A stretch of DNA of 64,000 nucleotides, taken from Vermamoeba vermiformis (taxonomy: Eukaryota). The number at the start of each line of letters is the position of its first letter. Position 1 is the stretch's first letter. The position numbers were made by a program, and so were the translations under genes. The notes under the pieces were generated by a model, which saw nothing but the letters and a program-made list of their open reading frames with translations, had not been told where the DNA came from and ran no database searches. The stretch spans positions 1-64,000 of the forward strand of contig JBEWZL010000053.1 of assembly GCA_045837725.1 (NCBI GenBank), given 5' to 3'. Below are positions 37,490 to 51,169 of this stretch, piece after piece.

Positions 37490-39356
37490 GCAGTCCGTAC
37501 CAGATGCGAAGCTCGGTCAGCTTGGTTAAAGTCGATAAATAGCAGTAATCTTCGTCCGAGGCAATCTGATGGATGCTAAGGCTGTCCAATGCTGTCAAAG
37601 TTGAAAAATAGCTGCAATAGTGTGTTTGGCGCGGATGGAACGAGAGCGATTTTAACGTTGTTAAAGCAGACACATACGTGTAATCAGTACTAGAATGTGT
37701 CATCCAATCATGGTTAAATTCTAACTTTGTCAAGCTCGTCAAACCGGTAAATCCGGTGAGCAGGCTGGAAGGTGAGGGAGTTATTATCAGACGCTCCAAC
37801 TTTGGCAAGTTCGAAATTTCAGCGGAACATCCTTTGAGTTTCAGCCAGTCCAAATTTGTAAAAATTGTCAGTGGGAAGCCAAGTTCAGTGTCTCCGTTGT
37901 TAACTTCAATCTGCAAACATTCCAAACGAGTTAGTTGCGATATCGCTGACAGGTCTTGAAATTTTTTGTTTTGGGTGCCAATGTAAAGCTCTCTCAGTGA
38001 AGTTAATCGCGAAAAGTAGCTCAAATCTAACGGCCTGCAAATTGTAATTTGCAACTTGTTCAAGTCCGTTGGTGCGAATGATAGTCCATCGCCTTCCATT
38101 GGATCTATATTCAAGTACTCTAATGACGTCAGTGCTGCCAACCATTGATATGAATATCTTTGTCGTGGATTTACATGCAAACTGTCATCCGTTTCGCTGC
38201 TCGATTCATTTTCTTCGAGCGGTTCAATCTCGTTGTCATTATCATTATCATCTGAACCATTGGGTTCTTCTTGACCGTTATTATCGTTATCATCACCAAT
38301 GTCGTTATTATTTGCACCTTCGTCTGCTGCAAGCTCTTCGTTCTGCTCATCGTCACTGTCGCTGTCATCGCCCAAAATATCCAAATCCAAAATGAACTCC
38401 TTGAGATTGCGCAACTTGTCAACTGCTCGCTCGATATATTGCTCCTGTGCTTGGAACAACTCTAAGAACGTCAATTTCGTGCTGTTCAACTCGTGGATCT
38501 GACCTCCAGCAAAACAAATGCTTTCAAGCGAAGTAAGCGATCTTAATGATATATCATCGCCTTTATGATTCCGAACTGAAAATTGCAACTCTTTGAGGTT
38601 ACCCACGTTCTGAAACCAATTTTCGGCTGTGCTGTGGGCGACGTCCGGCATGTAGATTGAGAGATACGTCATTTTTGAATAAGGCCGCTCGAATAAGTTA
38701 ACTTCAAGGTCATGATCTAGTCCTATAGACAAGCTTTGCAACTTCGTCCATTGTTTAATAGCTCTTAGAATCATTTCTTTGTCGACTTCCTCGCTGCTCC
38801 AAGGTAGGTTGAAACTGGTAAGGTGCTGCAGGCTCGTTATGGCCTCTAATGGTATATTGTAGTCGTGATTGGCTACTGTTAACTGAGTGAAGGTTAGGCA
38901 ATGCTGTCAATTTGAACCATTCTGCTTCGACATCGGATTCGTCTTCGTCAAGATCGTCAAACGAGAGATCCGTCAAATTTGTCAGTCGGAGTAAGTGTTC
39001 ATTGATATCTTTTAAGCTCTTCATGATGTTCTTACGAAAATTAAGACTGATTGGCTTGGTGTAGGACGAAAGCCGATCCACGATCTTCGGCCACTCTGAA
39101 TGCTTCGTCAAATAAATTTCAAATTCTCTGTAGTCAACTATATTGAACCATTCTCTGCATGCTAGGCGGGCTAATCTTCTCGTTTGGTCATCGCAGATAT
39201 TTAAAATAATTTTCTGAAGTTCTTTTGGTATATCCTAAATAAATAATAAAGATGACTTAGTCGAGCGAAAATTCTAGTAAATACTGGCAGCTACCGAATT
39301 GTAGATTTAATTAATGCCAAAAAATACCAACTGGATCGTTCGTTTTTACGCACCAT
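37490..39356 (-). CDS. F-box/LRR protein with acidic insertion; apparent frameshift near 38870; 3' end lost in garbled sequence
   Basis: F-box DIPKELQKIILNICDDQTRRLARLACREW, repeated LTxLxxLxL motifs, D/E/N-rich stretch. Confidence 0.7.
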
Positions 39357-39816
39357 TTCTTTTCCTTCGGCGCCAGTTAGCAGTGGTCCTTGCTTGGAGG
39401 TGATAGCAAGGTTGCAAAATGGTATTATTACATTTTTCTCGTTTTGTCCGCGTCAGGGGACTTGACAGGAATAAAAAATCAGTTCTTTGGGACCAAACAT
39501 TCAATCCTAACGGTATACCAATTGGTGTATCATTGTTTTATCAACTACTTGTTGCTAAACTCTCTTAATGCTGTTTGGTGCTCTTAGTATTTTTCCGGAT
39601 TAGAGATCTTGTTCGTTCCAGAATACATTCAAATAGAGTTTATTATTTACAATACAATTTGATTTCCGATTCGAAAATAAATTGCTACAATCGAAGACAA
39701 TAGCTCGCTCAACAAAATTAATAAAACAAACGCAGCTGCAGATCTCGATCTCGCGACTCATTCTCGATGAATTAAGTTAAATCTAACATCTAAAACGTAA
39801 AGGAGGTCCTATATAC

Positions 39817-42480
39817 TTAAATATAGGCCTTGATTCTCTTCTTCGTCGAAACGGACATCGGCACATCCAGCTCAAGTCCGTTTCGCAAATAAACGTCTTG
39901 GTAAGTCTTAGCTGCCAATTCATGGGGCTTTTCGAATTGCTAATAAAATATGATTAGACGTGTTGCATTTTAATCATGGTTGGAAATCGAATTTGGATAG
40001 CAGATCTGATCCGCCAACTTTGCATAACAAAATTGCGCTCGGTAAATAAGCTCAATACTTACAATAGTCTTCGATCGTTCACGAGGACCATCTTCATCGT
40101 CAGAGTCTAAATAACGGTCGTGCCAGGTCTTAGCCATTGATTTCAACGGAATGTCAACAGGTACGGATGTGGCCAATTGACTCAACACCTCTGATGAATA
40201 GAGCAAATTAATATCATAACCACCGCTATAAATTATGTGCAAGTGCGAGTCACTATAACTACAGACATCAAATGCATTGAATGGATTAAATGACTTACCG
40301 TCCTCTTCTTCAACATTATCTTCGTCAATGAAATCGACTTTTTCTACAGAGAAGCAATTATTAGTCGATATGATCACTAAGAACTATTTAAGATCGAATA
40401 TAATAACGAAAGTAGCCTTATAATATTAATTAAACTAATTTATAAAATCGAAACTGAAGGTAAACGAAAAATTTAAACCAGATCTCGTAAAGTTTATAAA
40501 ATATTCAATTAGACAGTAAAAGACTAAGTATATGTAGTGTATTTACCTTGTTCTTGACTCTCTTCGTCATCGTCAGGCAAAAACTTCTCGACTGGCTTAT
40601 CGACCAGCGCATCTTCTTCAAACTCGAAAATTGCTGGACAAGAAACACGACTGTAAGTATCTACTAGCCAATCATGTAGTTGTTCGCGGGACAAAATATT
40701 GCTGGAGATGTATTTAGGAAAGTAAAGCTTCATATCCCGTTCAGATAAAAGAAGCTGATCGAGATCAGAAGATCGTTTTGAGATGCGAGCTTGTTGCCTG
40801 CAGGACACTAGAGGATGGTCTGGTTCAGCTACCAGGTATCGGCTATATATCGTTGAGTGAGGTAAAGCTTGCGCCATATTTTAATAAGACTTTTTAAGTA
40901 TTTTCTTGTGGGCGGTTCCAAATCCACGCTTGCCGGGTGCTTGGTACCTTGGCTTGAGTATAAATTGATTACACAAATGCTCGCGACGTCACGATTAAGT
41001 ACTTTTCTATCGGCACACGTGGGGTACGCTCCAAAAAGGGCGTTGATCTCAATTTTTCCGAATTGCACCGAGATCTCTGAGAATTTGCTCGCGGATCGAA
41101 CTTGATTCTCGAGAATAATACTCAATGCCAAAGAAAAGGATAAATTAAGCGCGATATAGCTTTAATCTCAAACAAATTTCCAAACTTTTTGTGCGTGTTA
41201 GGAACCGGATTTCAACCAAAAGGAAGTCTGAATTAGCCGATGTTACCGCCGAAACTTACTCTCAGCGTAAAAATAATGCATATTTTAGTAACGGCATTGC
41301 AATTTTGGCGCAGAACTCAAAACTGCACGCCAAACTTGGATCCGCACCAACAAATTTGATGAAAATTTAACAAATTAACCAGCAATATTATGTCCTCGCT
41401 ATATTAAATGTCCCGTATAAAATATGCAAATTTAAAAGGTAAGCAAATGTAACTATGGTCTCAAAATATTAAAGTTATGTTGGTGCACACGTACCAGGAT
41501 CTTCACTCTGTGACAGCTTGACAACAGATTTCTTCGTGATGGGATTGCTTTCACCAGTAGAGCTCGTCCTCCTGCTTCCAATACCAATACCTCCTCGCGA
41601 ACTGTCGCTAGAGTTCGTGGATGTACCAAGCAGATTCTGACGCTTTGACGGAGTATTGGGCGTTGCGTTCTTCGAGCCCAAACTGCCGCTGTTGCTCAAG
41701 CTATTTGTATTGGTGCTGCTAATAGATGTGGTGCGCGAGCCAGCTTTAATTGCGCCACTAGTGGATGGAACCTCCAACTTCTAATCCGAAGAGAATTAGA
41801 TCAAATAACGTAATCATCGCATATAATTAAGCTACTCGTATAATTAATATGAAATAAGCTGTAAATATTATGAGGAATCGGCGGTTGCACATTTGATTAC
41901 ACAAATCGTGCGTGAATCCGATCGAACTTTCTAGAGGTTTTTCGTCGCACATAGAGGCGAGAACAAATCTTATAATCGCAATTATTCGATAAATATTATA
42001 ATTAATAATAAATAGGTAATAATAATATTACGAAACGGAGAATACATACAGCCGCACCATCGGGTTTGGCAGCACTGAGCTTGGCTTGAATTGCTTTCAT
42101 CCAGCCTTCTCTTTCAGGTACTGAAGGCGCTGACAAATACCATACTCGTTGATTGGTTTCGATCTACAGATAAGCCCGTTAATAAAAGATTTTGGGCGGG
42201 GGAGATCGTATCTCGCAAAATATTAATAATAAATGCACAAATGTAAATATTAAATCGTGTCCTCGGTGTATAATAATACCTGGAATCCATAACCATCTCT
42301 GGCATGAGTACGGTCGTTAACAGTAACCGTGCCAGCTTGATTCAGGTTGATGAATCCCACGACTGGCTCTCCTTTATCCTTGAAATAAAACATCTTTTCG
42401 TCATCCATCAAGAACCAACGACGACGCCAGCTCTTCACGAGGCCTTTTTCTCCTTGTTTAAACAAATAGCCTTCCATCAT
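39817..42480 (-). CDS. PH-domain protein with Ser-rich linker (downstream exons tentatively joined)
   Basis: MMEGYLFKQGEKGLVKSWRRRWFLM...YFK...VGFINL is a PH domain. Further minus-strand exons lie at 41494-41780, 40546-40870, 40040-40190 and 39817-39940. Confidence 0.7.
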
Positions 42481-43159
42481 TTTGTGATCGTGTGGGTAAA
42501 GATTCAGTCGTCTTCAATATTACAAAATCATACAAATATAGATAAACAAATATTTAACAAATATATATGGTACTATGTGTACATTGGGTTATTAATTGCT
42601 GGCGATCTAAGCGCAAAATTGTCTTTGTCCGAAAATTTGACCGTCAAAATTAATTTTTTCAGCCAAAACCGTTGGTCATTTTTCTATTTCGCGCCTTTGA
42701 ACGACAGAACGGACGATACCAAAAGTCGAAATATATCGTGGTTGTCATATTTTTATTGATTTATACGTGATTAGTGCGAAGGTAAGAAACGCTAATCTGC
42801 TTCGGTTTTATTCTTGAATTATCGTTATTTAGTTTCAAATTCGACAACTATATCAATAAAAAAATGTCAATAAATAATTGTGATGGAAGTATACTGAAAT
42901 ACGCGATAGAGAATGAAATCGGAGTTATCGATCCGTTATTCATTTTCGCTTACCGCTCAAAAAATTACTTAACTATAATCTCGGCTTTTGAAATCATATT
43001 TATAGTGCAAATAACAAAAATAAATAGTATTGGACGGTATTAGAATAGTTCCGTCAGATCTACGATTTTCTAAAACTTTTCAGCGCGCGATACTAATCTA
43101 TTAATCAGAATTAGCAATAATCATCGAGGACAAACGATAAATATAAATCAATATTGGAG

Positions 43160-45576
43160 ATGAGTCAGCCTCCACAACAGCCACCAATTCAATTGGTGAA
43201 TCCGGTTACAGGCGCGATCTCCACGGGCGTCCCTTCAGTGCAGTCACCTATGCAAACACCGCAAGGCATCATGCAGAATCCAGCACAATTCACAGCACAG
43301 AAATTCATACCAATGTACACGCCTGGAAATGCACAACAAGGTGGTATTCCCACAGGTCAACCGTCCTTTCCCGTGCACCAGTCCGTGATGTCAAACCCCG
43401 TGACGCCTAATGTCATCCCTGGCGCAGTAACAGTCGTCAAGCCTAACGTTATGACCGGTACGCCGATGCCAGTACCCGTGCAGATTCCGGGCCACACTAC
43501 CGTGAATTTTCACCCGACCCCGAGTACGCCTGGCACACCCGTGACACCTGGTGCAGGCACACCTTGGGGTATGAATCCTACCGTGTCCCCTGCAACGCCT
43601 AAAGGAGGATTTCTTGTTGCCAATACACCGACCAAGGTATGGTTGTGGATCTACATTTGGTGGAGTTGCTAACAGCTTGTAGTTCTCGCCCATGCAAGGA
43701 CAAATCACACCTGGCACACCGGGTACACCGCACACACCCACTGCAACAGGACACCCAGTCACTCCTGGATCGGGCCAGGGCTCTAACACAGGTGGTAGCA
43801 ACGTCGCCACCGCGGCGAACATTCAAGTGTTGGCTGCACAAATCCCCGCAGTGTTGACGGGCATTGACATGCGGCGAAGAGATTGGCCAGCAAGACGAGT
43901 GGCCAGAGATAAGGATGAAGAGACTCAAGAAGAGGTACGTCAATCAACTCTCGTCTTATGTAGCCTTACTGACTTTGGTTCAATAGTTGCGATCATTTGC
44001 TGAGGACTCCAAGTTGTTTGGCCGACTACTGGCCTTTGAGAAATTAGTTGACGCGAGCATTAAGAAGCGTCACACGCACATCTCCGAAGCATTGCCTCGC
44101 GAGAACAATCAAACAGTGACCGTGACTCGTGTTCTTCGTCTATGTATATACAACACTTTTGAGAACCAAGGCGGAACATATCAAAACGAAGCGGTAAGCT
44201 CTATTGACTTCAATTGAACACTTGACTAACTTTTACGTCAGGCTGGTGTTGGTGCCGAGCCTGCTTCATGGTCACTAAGGATCGAAGGAAAGCTCCGTGA
44301 AGATGTGAGTATTGCACGTGCGTATGGCATTGGAGCGGATCTAACATTCGTGTCAAACATAGGTACAGCAGCCTGTGAATACAAGGGTCAAGATTCCAAC
44401 GGACAGGAAGTTCTCATCATTTTTCAAGAAGATATTTATTCAACTCGACAAAGATTTATATCCCGACAATTGGCTAATAGAGGTATGTAATGTGTCCTCC
44501 TGAATCAAAGAACACGTGCTAAAATTTAAATTAGTGGAACAAAGATTCGTCAGCCACAGCGGACACAGAAGGCTTTGAAATCAAGCGTATTGGCTCAAAA
44601 GAATTCACAGTGAACTTGTTCCTGCATTTAGATCACAAGCCTGCACGTTACAAGTTATCACCGCAATTGGCACAGTTGTTGCAACTGAACGATTCATACA
44701 CTAAAACACACGTCATTTTAAGTCTATGGCATTACATTAGGGTGAGTAGCTTAGTATACTATGCACGATATTATGGATATTAATACGATATTATTGTAGA
44801 GAGCAAAGCTGCAAGATGCCGAACAACGATCTGTTGTGCACTTAGACGAGCCTTTGCGACAAATTTTTGGCGTGTCAAAATTCGATTATGTTGATATCCC
44901 CAACTTATTACAACAGCACTTGGGACCTCCTGATCCTATTCAATTAAGCTATACTATTAAGTAAGTACCAACTAAGCGCGACTGAAGCAAAGCTCGTGCC
45001 TAACATAATTTCAGATTGAGCGGAAATCCTGAGAATCACGAGCAATGGTACCAAATCCCTGTCGAAGTTGAAAACCCTGCCGCCACCTTGAAGACTAACC
45101 CTAATACTAAGAAAGAAATAGACACCCTAAACCAAAAAGTAAGCTCGGATCCGTCACTTGGCAGTACCAAGATCTAACATTTCCATTGAATAGATACACG
45201 AGAATATTTTGAAAATTAAAGAAAAGAAGCGAAAGCGAGAGTTTTTCGGCGAATTTGCTGACGATCCTGTTGGCTTTATGAACGATTTTTTGACCTCACA
45301 AATCCGCGATCACAAAGTACGTACCAGAGACCTAATGCCTTACCATTTAACTTGGCACCACGTACTAATATTCGTATTTAATAGTATGCACGTACTATTG
45401 GTCGCGACATTGAAGAAGAGAGACACGCTTCGTACTACCGAAATCCGCTGATTAAAGATGCAATCAATCAGTACCTCCAAAAGCTGCCTATGAAACTCGA
45501 AGTCGAGTACAATGGCATGGAGGCAGACACTAATAGCATTAATGGCGATGGTGCAAATTCCACCAGCGAAAAATAA
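43160..45576 (+). CDS. SMARCD: SWI/SNF complex subunit SMARCD/BAF60/Swp73 (SWIB domain)
   Basis: LLAFEKLVDASI, LRLCIYNT, WSLRIEGKL, RKFSSFFKKIFIQLD, EGFEIKR, LWHYI...KLQD, PPDPIQLSY, KRKREFF.EFADDPVGF. Confidence 0.9.
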
Positions 45577-45804
45577 GTGGATCCGATCAACCACAATTTT
45601 GTAATAAAACCTGTCTTAGTAGCATGCCGCAAGCACAGTATAATATGAGTACCCTTAATATCCTTTTGGCAGCGACGGAAATTCTGGCCGATTTTGTTGT
45701 TCGAAAAAGTCAAAATTTAATGTTATTGTAATTGATAGCGAATTCAACTGCTCATATTGCCCTAATTGCGTATATATATTGTAAATAATAGCAATTAGAC
45801 CAAT

Positions 45805-48800
45805 ATGCTGCAGAAGTTAAAGAGGTTGATTGGCGCCTCTGATAGATCAGAAAAATCAGCGGCTATTTCAGGAGACCTATTAAAAGATCAACGACTAACC
45901 AATTCAATTAATGAAATACAATTTCTTGAAGGCCACACGGATATTGTTAGATTATTGTTGCGGATTGATCAACGAAGGTACCAGAATCTTTCCTCAAAAT
46001 GTCCCTAGAATATTATGAAGATTTTTGCTAATAATATTGTGTACAATAATTTCATTTTGGCAGAGTTTTGAATTTAAACTCCATGTTCAGAAAATTAAAT
46101 AGAAATTGGCAGATCTTTTTATAAACCGTAAAAATGATAATTAAACCTCTACGTACAAATTTTACTTGACATAAATCATTTAATAATAATTAATAGGCCG
46201 TTAATAACATTCAGAAGGGTAGTTGATTAAAATTGAGGTTCTATTTTTAGGTTTTGCTCTGGCGGAGACGACGGTGCAATCTTAGTGTGGGACAGTGATT
46301 CAGGCGAGCTCTTGCTGCGATTGGTCGGTCACACGAGTCAAGTCACGTGCTTGTTGTTGCTGGATCGGGACACGTTGGTTACAGGCGGCAGTGACAAAAC
46401 ATTGCGACTATGGTCGTTAGTAGACGGCAAATGCCTTAAAGTCGTCGAACAGGCTCATAATGGCAGCGTTAAGGTAAAAAAAATCAAAAATTAACGCAAA
46501 ATATCCCAGATCCGTTTTTTTAGTTTAAATCGATTCTAGAATTAGCATAACATACATGTTAATTAGCCAATATTTTTGCAAATAATATTAATATTAATGA
46601 TGTTATTATGTAGTGTCTTACACGCATCAACACAAATCAATTTTGTTCTGGTGGCAATGACCGATATTTGCGCGTGTGGAACAACGATGGCAGTGCTGTC
46701 GGTGCTATTGAACGGCAAGAAGAAGAAAGTACGTAGCAAGTGCTATATTAATATGGTTTGATATTAATAATATTGGTTCATAGATCTGCATTGCATGACG
46801 GCGATTTCTGGCAACAAATTGGTGACCGGATCCACTTCTAGTTTATTACGTATCCTTTACATCCTATTAATAGCAATTATATTAGTAATATAATCGTATA
46901 TTTCCTTAATTATATTTAGTTGTATATAATACGGAGAGCTTAAAGTTCATGAAATTATTGGCTTATCACCGCGAATCTATTCGATGTATTGTTAATTTGA
47001 ACTGTAAGTCTACTGATTGATAATTACTAAATATGGTAATGCGAAATAATTCTTGCAATGTTTAGCGGAGAGTTTTATCTCGGCTTCGTTGGACGGAGCA
47101 ATTGTAATATGGAATTCGGACTCGTTGAATCCGACTTGTAAATTAGAGTACCCTGACAAATTTAAGACCGAACACAATCAATTTATATTGCCTGTACATC
47201 ATTTAGAACGATTAGGATACGTAAGTACATCAAATCTTTCGGAAATTCGAGTATTTTTTCTAAGAATTATTTTTCAGAATTATATTGCGGCGTGTATATC
47301 AAACGGATTTAGAATATACGACATTCAAACTGGTGATTGTGTGATGGATTGTCAAGGCGCGCATGAAGGCAATGTTAACCATATTATCCCTCTTTACAAC
47401 GGGTACGTTACATCCGCGACATTTTTTCGTCAGACAAATATCAATATCATTGTTGCTTATATCATATATATATATATATTAGTTTCGAATAATAATGATA
47501 TTAATAGTTTCAAAATAAGAAAATTTAAAAGCAGATCCGATCTGATTGATTTTTCATAATTATTGTAGTAACTAATATTCAATATGCTATTACAGTACGA
47601 GGCTTATTACATGCTCTGGTGATGCATCTATTCGAGTATGGGGCACTAAAGAAGACTTTACATTCCGCCGATCAATTTCAACGCAGAACGGATCTGTTTC
47701 AACTTCAGGCGAGTTCATAACGACCAGTGTTAGCATCAGTTCGGACGATATAATTAGCACCAACAACAATAACAACACTAATGGCACCAATGCTGGCGGC
47801 AGTTCTAGCGCCAAATCAATTCCAATTCCCTCCGCGAATAACAAGCGCGTGTTGTCCATGACCAAATCTGCTTCGACCAACAAATTGTCGTCGGCAAGGA
47901 AGAAAAAGAAGACTTATGTGCCGTAAGTATAATATACTCTCTATACTATACTTCCATAATGGTTGTTTGTGAATTTTTTTGTTTGGATGTAGTTCTTTTT
48001 TTGCTAGCCTGATTAATAGTCATATGAAAATGTAGTAAAAATATTATAACGTTCGTAGTATTATTTTGCGAAAGTGTTAATGTGTTTATGTTTTGCAGGC
48101 CTATTCTGGTGGGTGAGATGTGGGCTCATTCAGCGAGCATCAACACGTTGCTGCAAATTGACGAATCGACATTTGTCTCTGCTGGATCTGACGGACTATT
48201 GGTCATTTGGCGAGTACGTCATCATTAACTAACATTTACAGCATATTTATTATGGACAATGGTGATTCTAATGACTGCTTTATGGTAGGACGGAAAAATT
48301 CAAAATGAGAAGCGGATCGAGTCTTGCATTTATTGGCAACAAGAATTTGGCTGCAATGAAGACGAAGATAACAACAACGACGCGCTGTCAATGAACGAGT
48401 CGCGTAGTTTGAGACGAGTGGCCTCACAAGATTTTTTCAGCCTGGACGAAGATAATTTTGCGAGCCAATCGGAAATTTCCGAAGACGCGAAATCTACCAA
48501 TTCTGCGAGCGGAAAATACGATTCAGTGTCAAGTCAGTCGAATTTATTTTTGACGACATCAGGTGCCGGGCTGAACGATTCGAACAGCGGATTATTTGAC
48601 AGTATTGTCAGCACGGACGATCTCGACAGCGGTCTCTCGTCGCCGGCCAATCAATCCACGCCGACATTAGCCGTGCCTGTCGCACCGACGATGCTCGTCA
48701 GCAGTCCTTCGCTGTCACACGGCGGGTTAATTGGCGTGACAACAGTGCCGTCTTACATTTTGGAATACGCGGAAGAGTTGTACAAGGAGAAAGGCGTACG

Positions 48801-49017
48801 TATATTTAGGCGAATTAATTTACTTTAATTATAATTAAAATAATTAATTTTTTTGTTCAAAGATGTCATTGCAAGATATTTCAGCGCAATTGAAAAAACA
48901 AGTAAGTGACCGAAATATGATTATTTTTGATTAAAGGCTTATATTAATATTTTTTATTAGGGCAATAGCGATTCAATAATTAATGCAACAGTGTCACATC
49001 TGAAACAGCTCAAGTAA
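45805..49017 (+). CDS. WDR41: WD40-repeat protein, WDR41-like, with Ser-rich C-terminal extension
   Basis: EIQFLEGHTDIVRLLLRID.RRFCSGGDDG.ILVWD...GELL..L.GH and C-terminal AHSASI...VSAGSDGLLVIWRDG match my recollection of WDR41 termini. Confidence 0.7.
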
Positions 49018-49093
49018 AAAAGGTCTAATTTAATATTATTTATTATTTCTTTCATACGAATATTGTTCTCCATATAACTACCAAATGATCATT

Positions 49094-50840
49094 TTAAAGG
49101 AGGGCAATGATTGCGACAATCATCGAGGCCATTCCGAGCACAACAGTTGAAGCAGTGCTGGAAGGATCGCTGAACGGCACAGCGGCGGTGGGAGTTTGAG
49201 AGTTCAACGGCGTGATGAGCATTTGAGTGTCAAACTTCTTGTTCTGAGTGCCAGTAGGAGGACCGTTGGATTGCGCGAGAGCAAATGTGAATCGCTTGGC
49301 GGTGGCTAAATCGTTAAGACCTTGCCATTGGACCTCGATATTAGCGCTGAATAGGAACGGTGCGTTGCTGTCGGTGTTGACGGGGAACATGTCCACCGGG
49401 GTCTCACCGACTGACACGACGAATTGGAAGCCCTCGGCGGTGGCGTTAAGTGGCGTGATCGCAAACTGGTTGGCTTGGGCGAGTAGGGTCTGAGCACCAG
49501 CAGCGAACAAAGAGCGTGAAGTGCTGTCTGGCAGCGTGTAAAATACGCTGGAGATGGACGAGTCGATGATCGTGGCTTTCGTGGACCACACTGTGGCCTT
49601 GAAGTACGCTGTTTGTGACGGCAAGAACGCGGTCTTCTTGGTCGTGTGTTGCGCGTCTTGATAGACCTCTAAGACACCGTTGAGATCAATGTCGAAACGA
49701 ACGACTTGGCAGAAGTCTTCTGAGACGACGTTTGAAGCAATGAGACCGGTGTTGGTGTTCGCATCCAGCGGGCAGGCGGCACTTGGACCACGACAAGCGA
49801 ACAACGTGGTCAAGTTGTATTGACCAGTCATGTTGCACGCTGTGTTGGGCTCCAAGACTAAACGGATCTTTTGAGTGCAAATGGAGTTCTGGGTCTCAGG
49901 GCAGTTCAGATCCGTGATGCTGTAGTTGGATGTGATCGGGAATGGAGTCTGGTAAGAAAATTAAAATTAGAATGGATATTCAATACTATTTATTACTTAC
50001 AACAAGGTTAATAATATCGGAGATCTTGAAAGGATATTGCAAGGAGGTCGTGTACTCCAAAACACCAGTGTTGGTGATCGGATCGTACCCTTGCAACGTA
50101 ATTGCAGCCAAGAGGTTGACGGCGCTAAATACGGAAATCTCAGAAGTGACCTATAATATAAATGGATTAGTAAGTATGGAGTGTACTCCTTAAATCTCGG
50201 AAAAATTTTGTGGATGTGGCGAGATACTTACGGTGATTCGTTTAGGGAATCGGATTTCCACGCGGATGATGGATTGCGTGGTACGGGTCAACGGAACACC
50301 TCGTTGCTCACCAATCATATCGCGTTGAGTAATCTTCAAGACATTTCTCAAGTAGGTGTAAGTGCTGTCGGAGTTGTCGTAGGTCCATCCGCAAGATCCA
50401 ACGGCATCGGCTATAGTAACGACAATGACGAAGGTATCATTGCATCCAGTGACGGTCTTAGTCCACAAAGCACCGGGGTAAGTACAAGTTCCGTCTTCAT
50501 TGAGCATTTCGATGGTCGCATCCAATCTGCTTGTAACGAGCGGGGATTTGATAACGAGAGTAATTTCGCCATTGTTCACGCTAGATTGGCTTTCATCGAG
50601 GTAAGGAATATATCCGGTTACCAATTGATCGGGAGCAGGATTAAAAGCGCATTGAGGATCTGCTTTCAAGGAACAGTCGGCAAAGCCCGATCCAGCGCCG
50701 TAGTAGCCAGAGTAGCAGCTGCAGATAAGGCCAGGAGTTTGAACGCCTCCATTGACGGTATTGTCGTACGGGCAGTAAGTTTGAGCGAATGCTGCGCCGA
50801 TGAGGCAAAAGACGAGGAGACTTTTGAGAGCTTTGTTCAT
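49094..50840 (-). CDS. Secreted/cell-surface Cys-containing protein with C-terminal hydrophobic (GPI/TM) anchor
   Basis: Signal peptide MNKALKSLLVFCLIGAAFA, C-terminal VVLGMASMIVAIIALL, strong codon bias, 3 exons. Confidence 0.7.
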
Positions 50841-51169
50841 AAGACGTGACCAAAAAAAAGGTATGCTATATAGGCAATATATTCTTTTTTTCTTCTTCTA
50901 ATTTATCGTTCGATCGTCTTCTAGCTTTCTGTTTGAGTTTTCTTCTTGCTTTGTTCGATCTAAAGTTGTTCTTTGCTGTTCTTCTTTTTGTTCTCTTCTT
51001 CGCGGTTTGTCAGTTGTTGTCTATGCTTTGTTTTTAAACCAAGATTTGGGTATTGACGTTCGATCATTTAAACCTGCAAAATCTGGCCGAGCGCAGAAAT
51101 AATCTACAAGTTTTTGCCGTAAAAGGAAATTTGTGTGGCAACTAATCCATTACAACAGTAGTGCGCGAA

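Noticed and set aside
38860-38885. Programmed frameshift in the F-box/LRR gene
   Set aside because: No slippery sequence seen. Other isolated indels in the window point to assembly error or decay.
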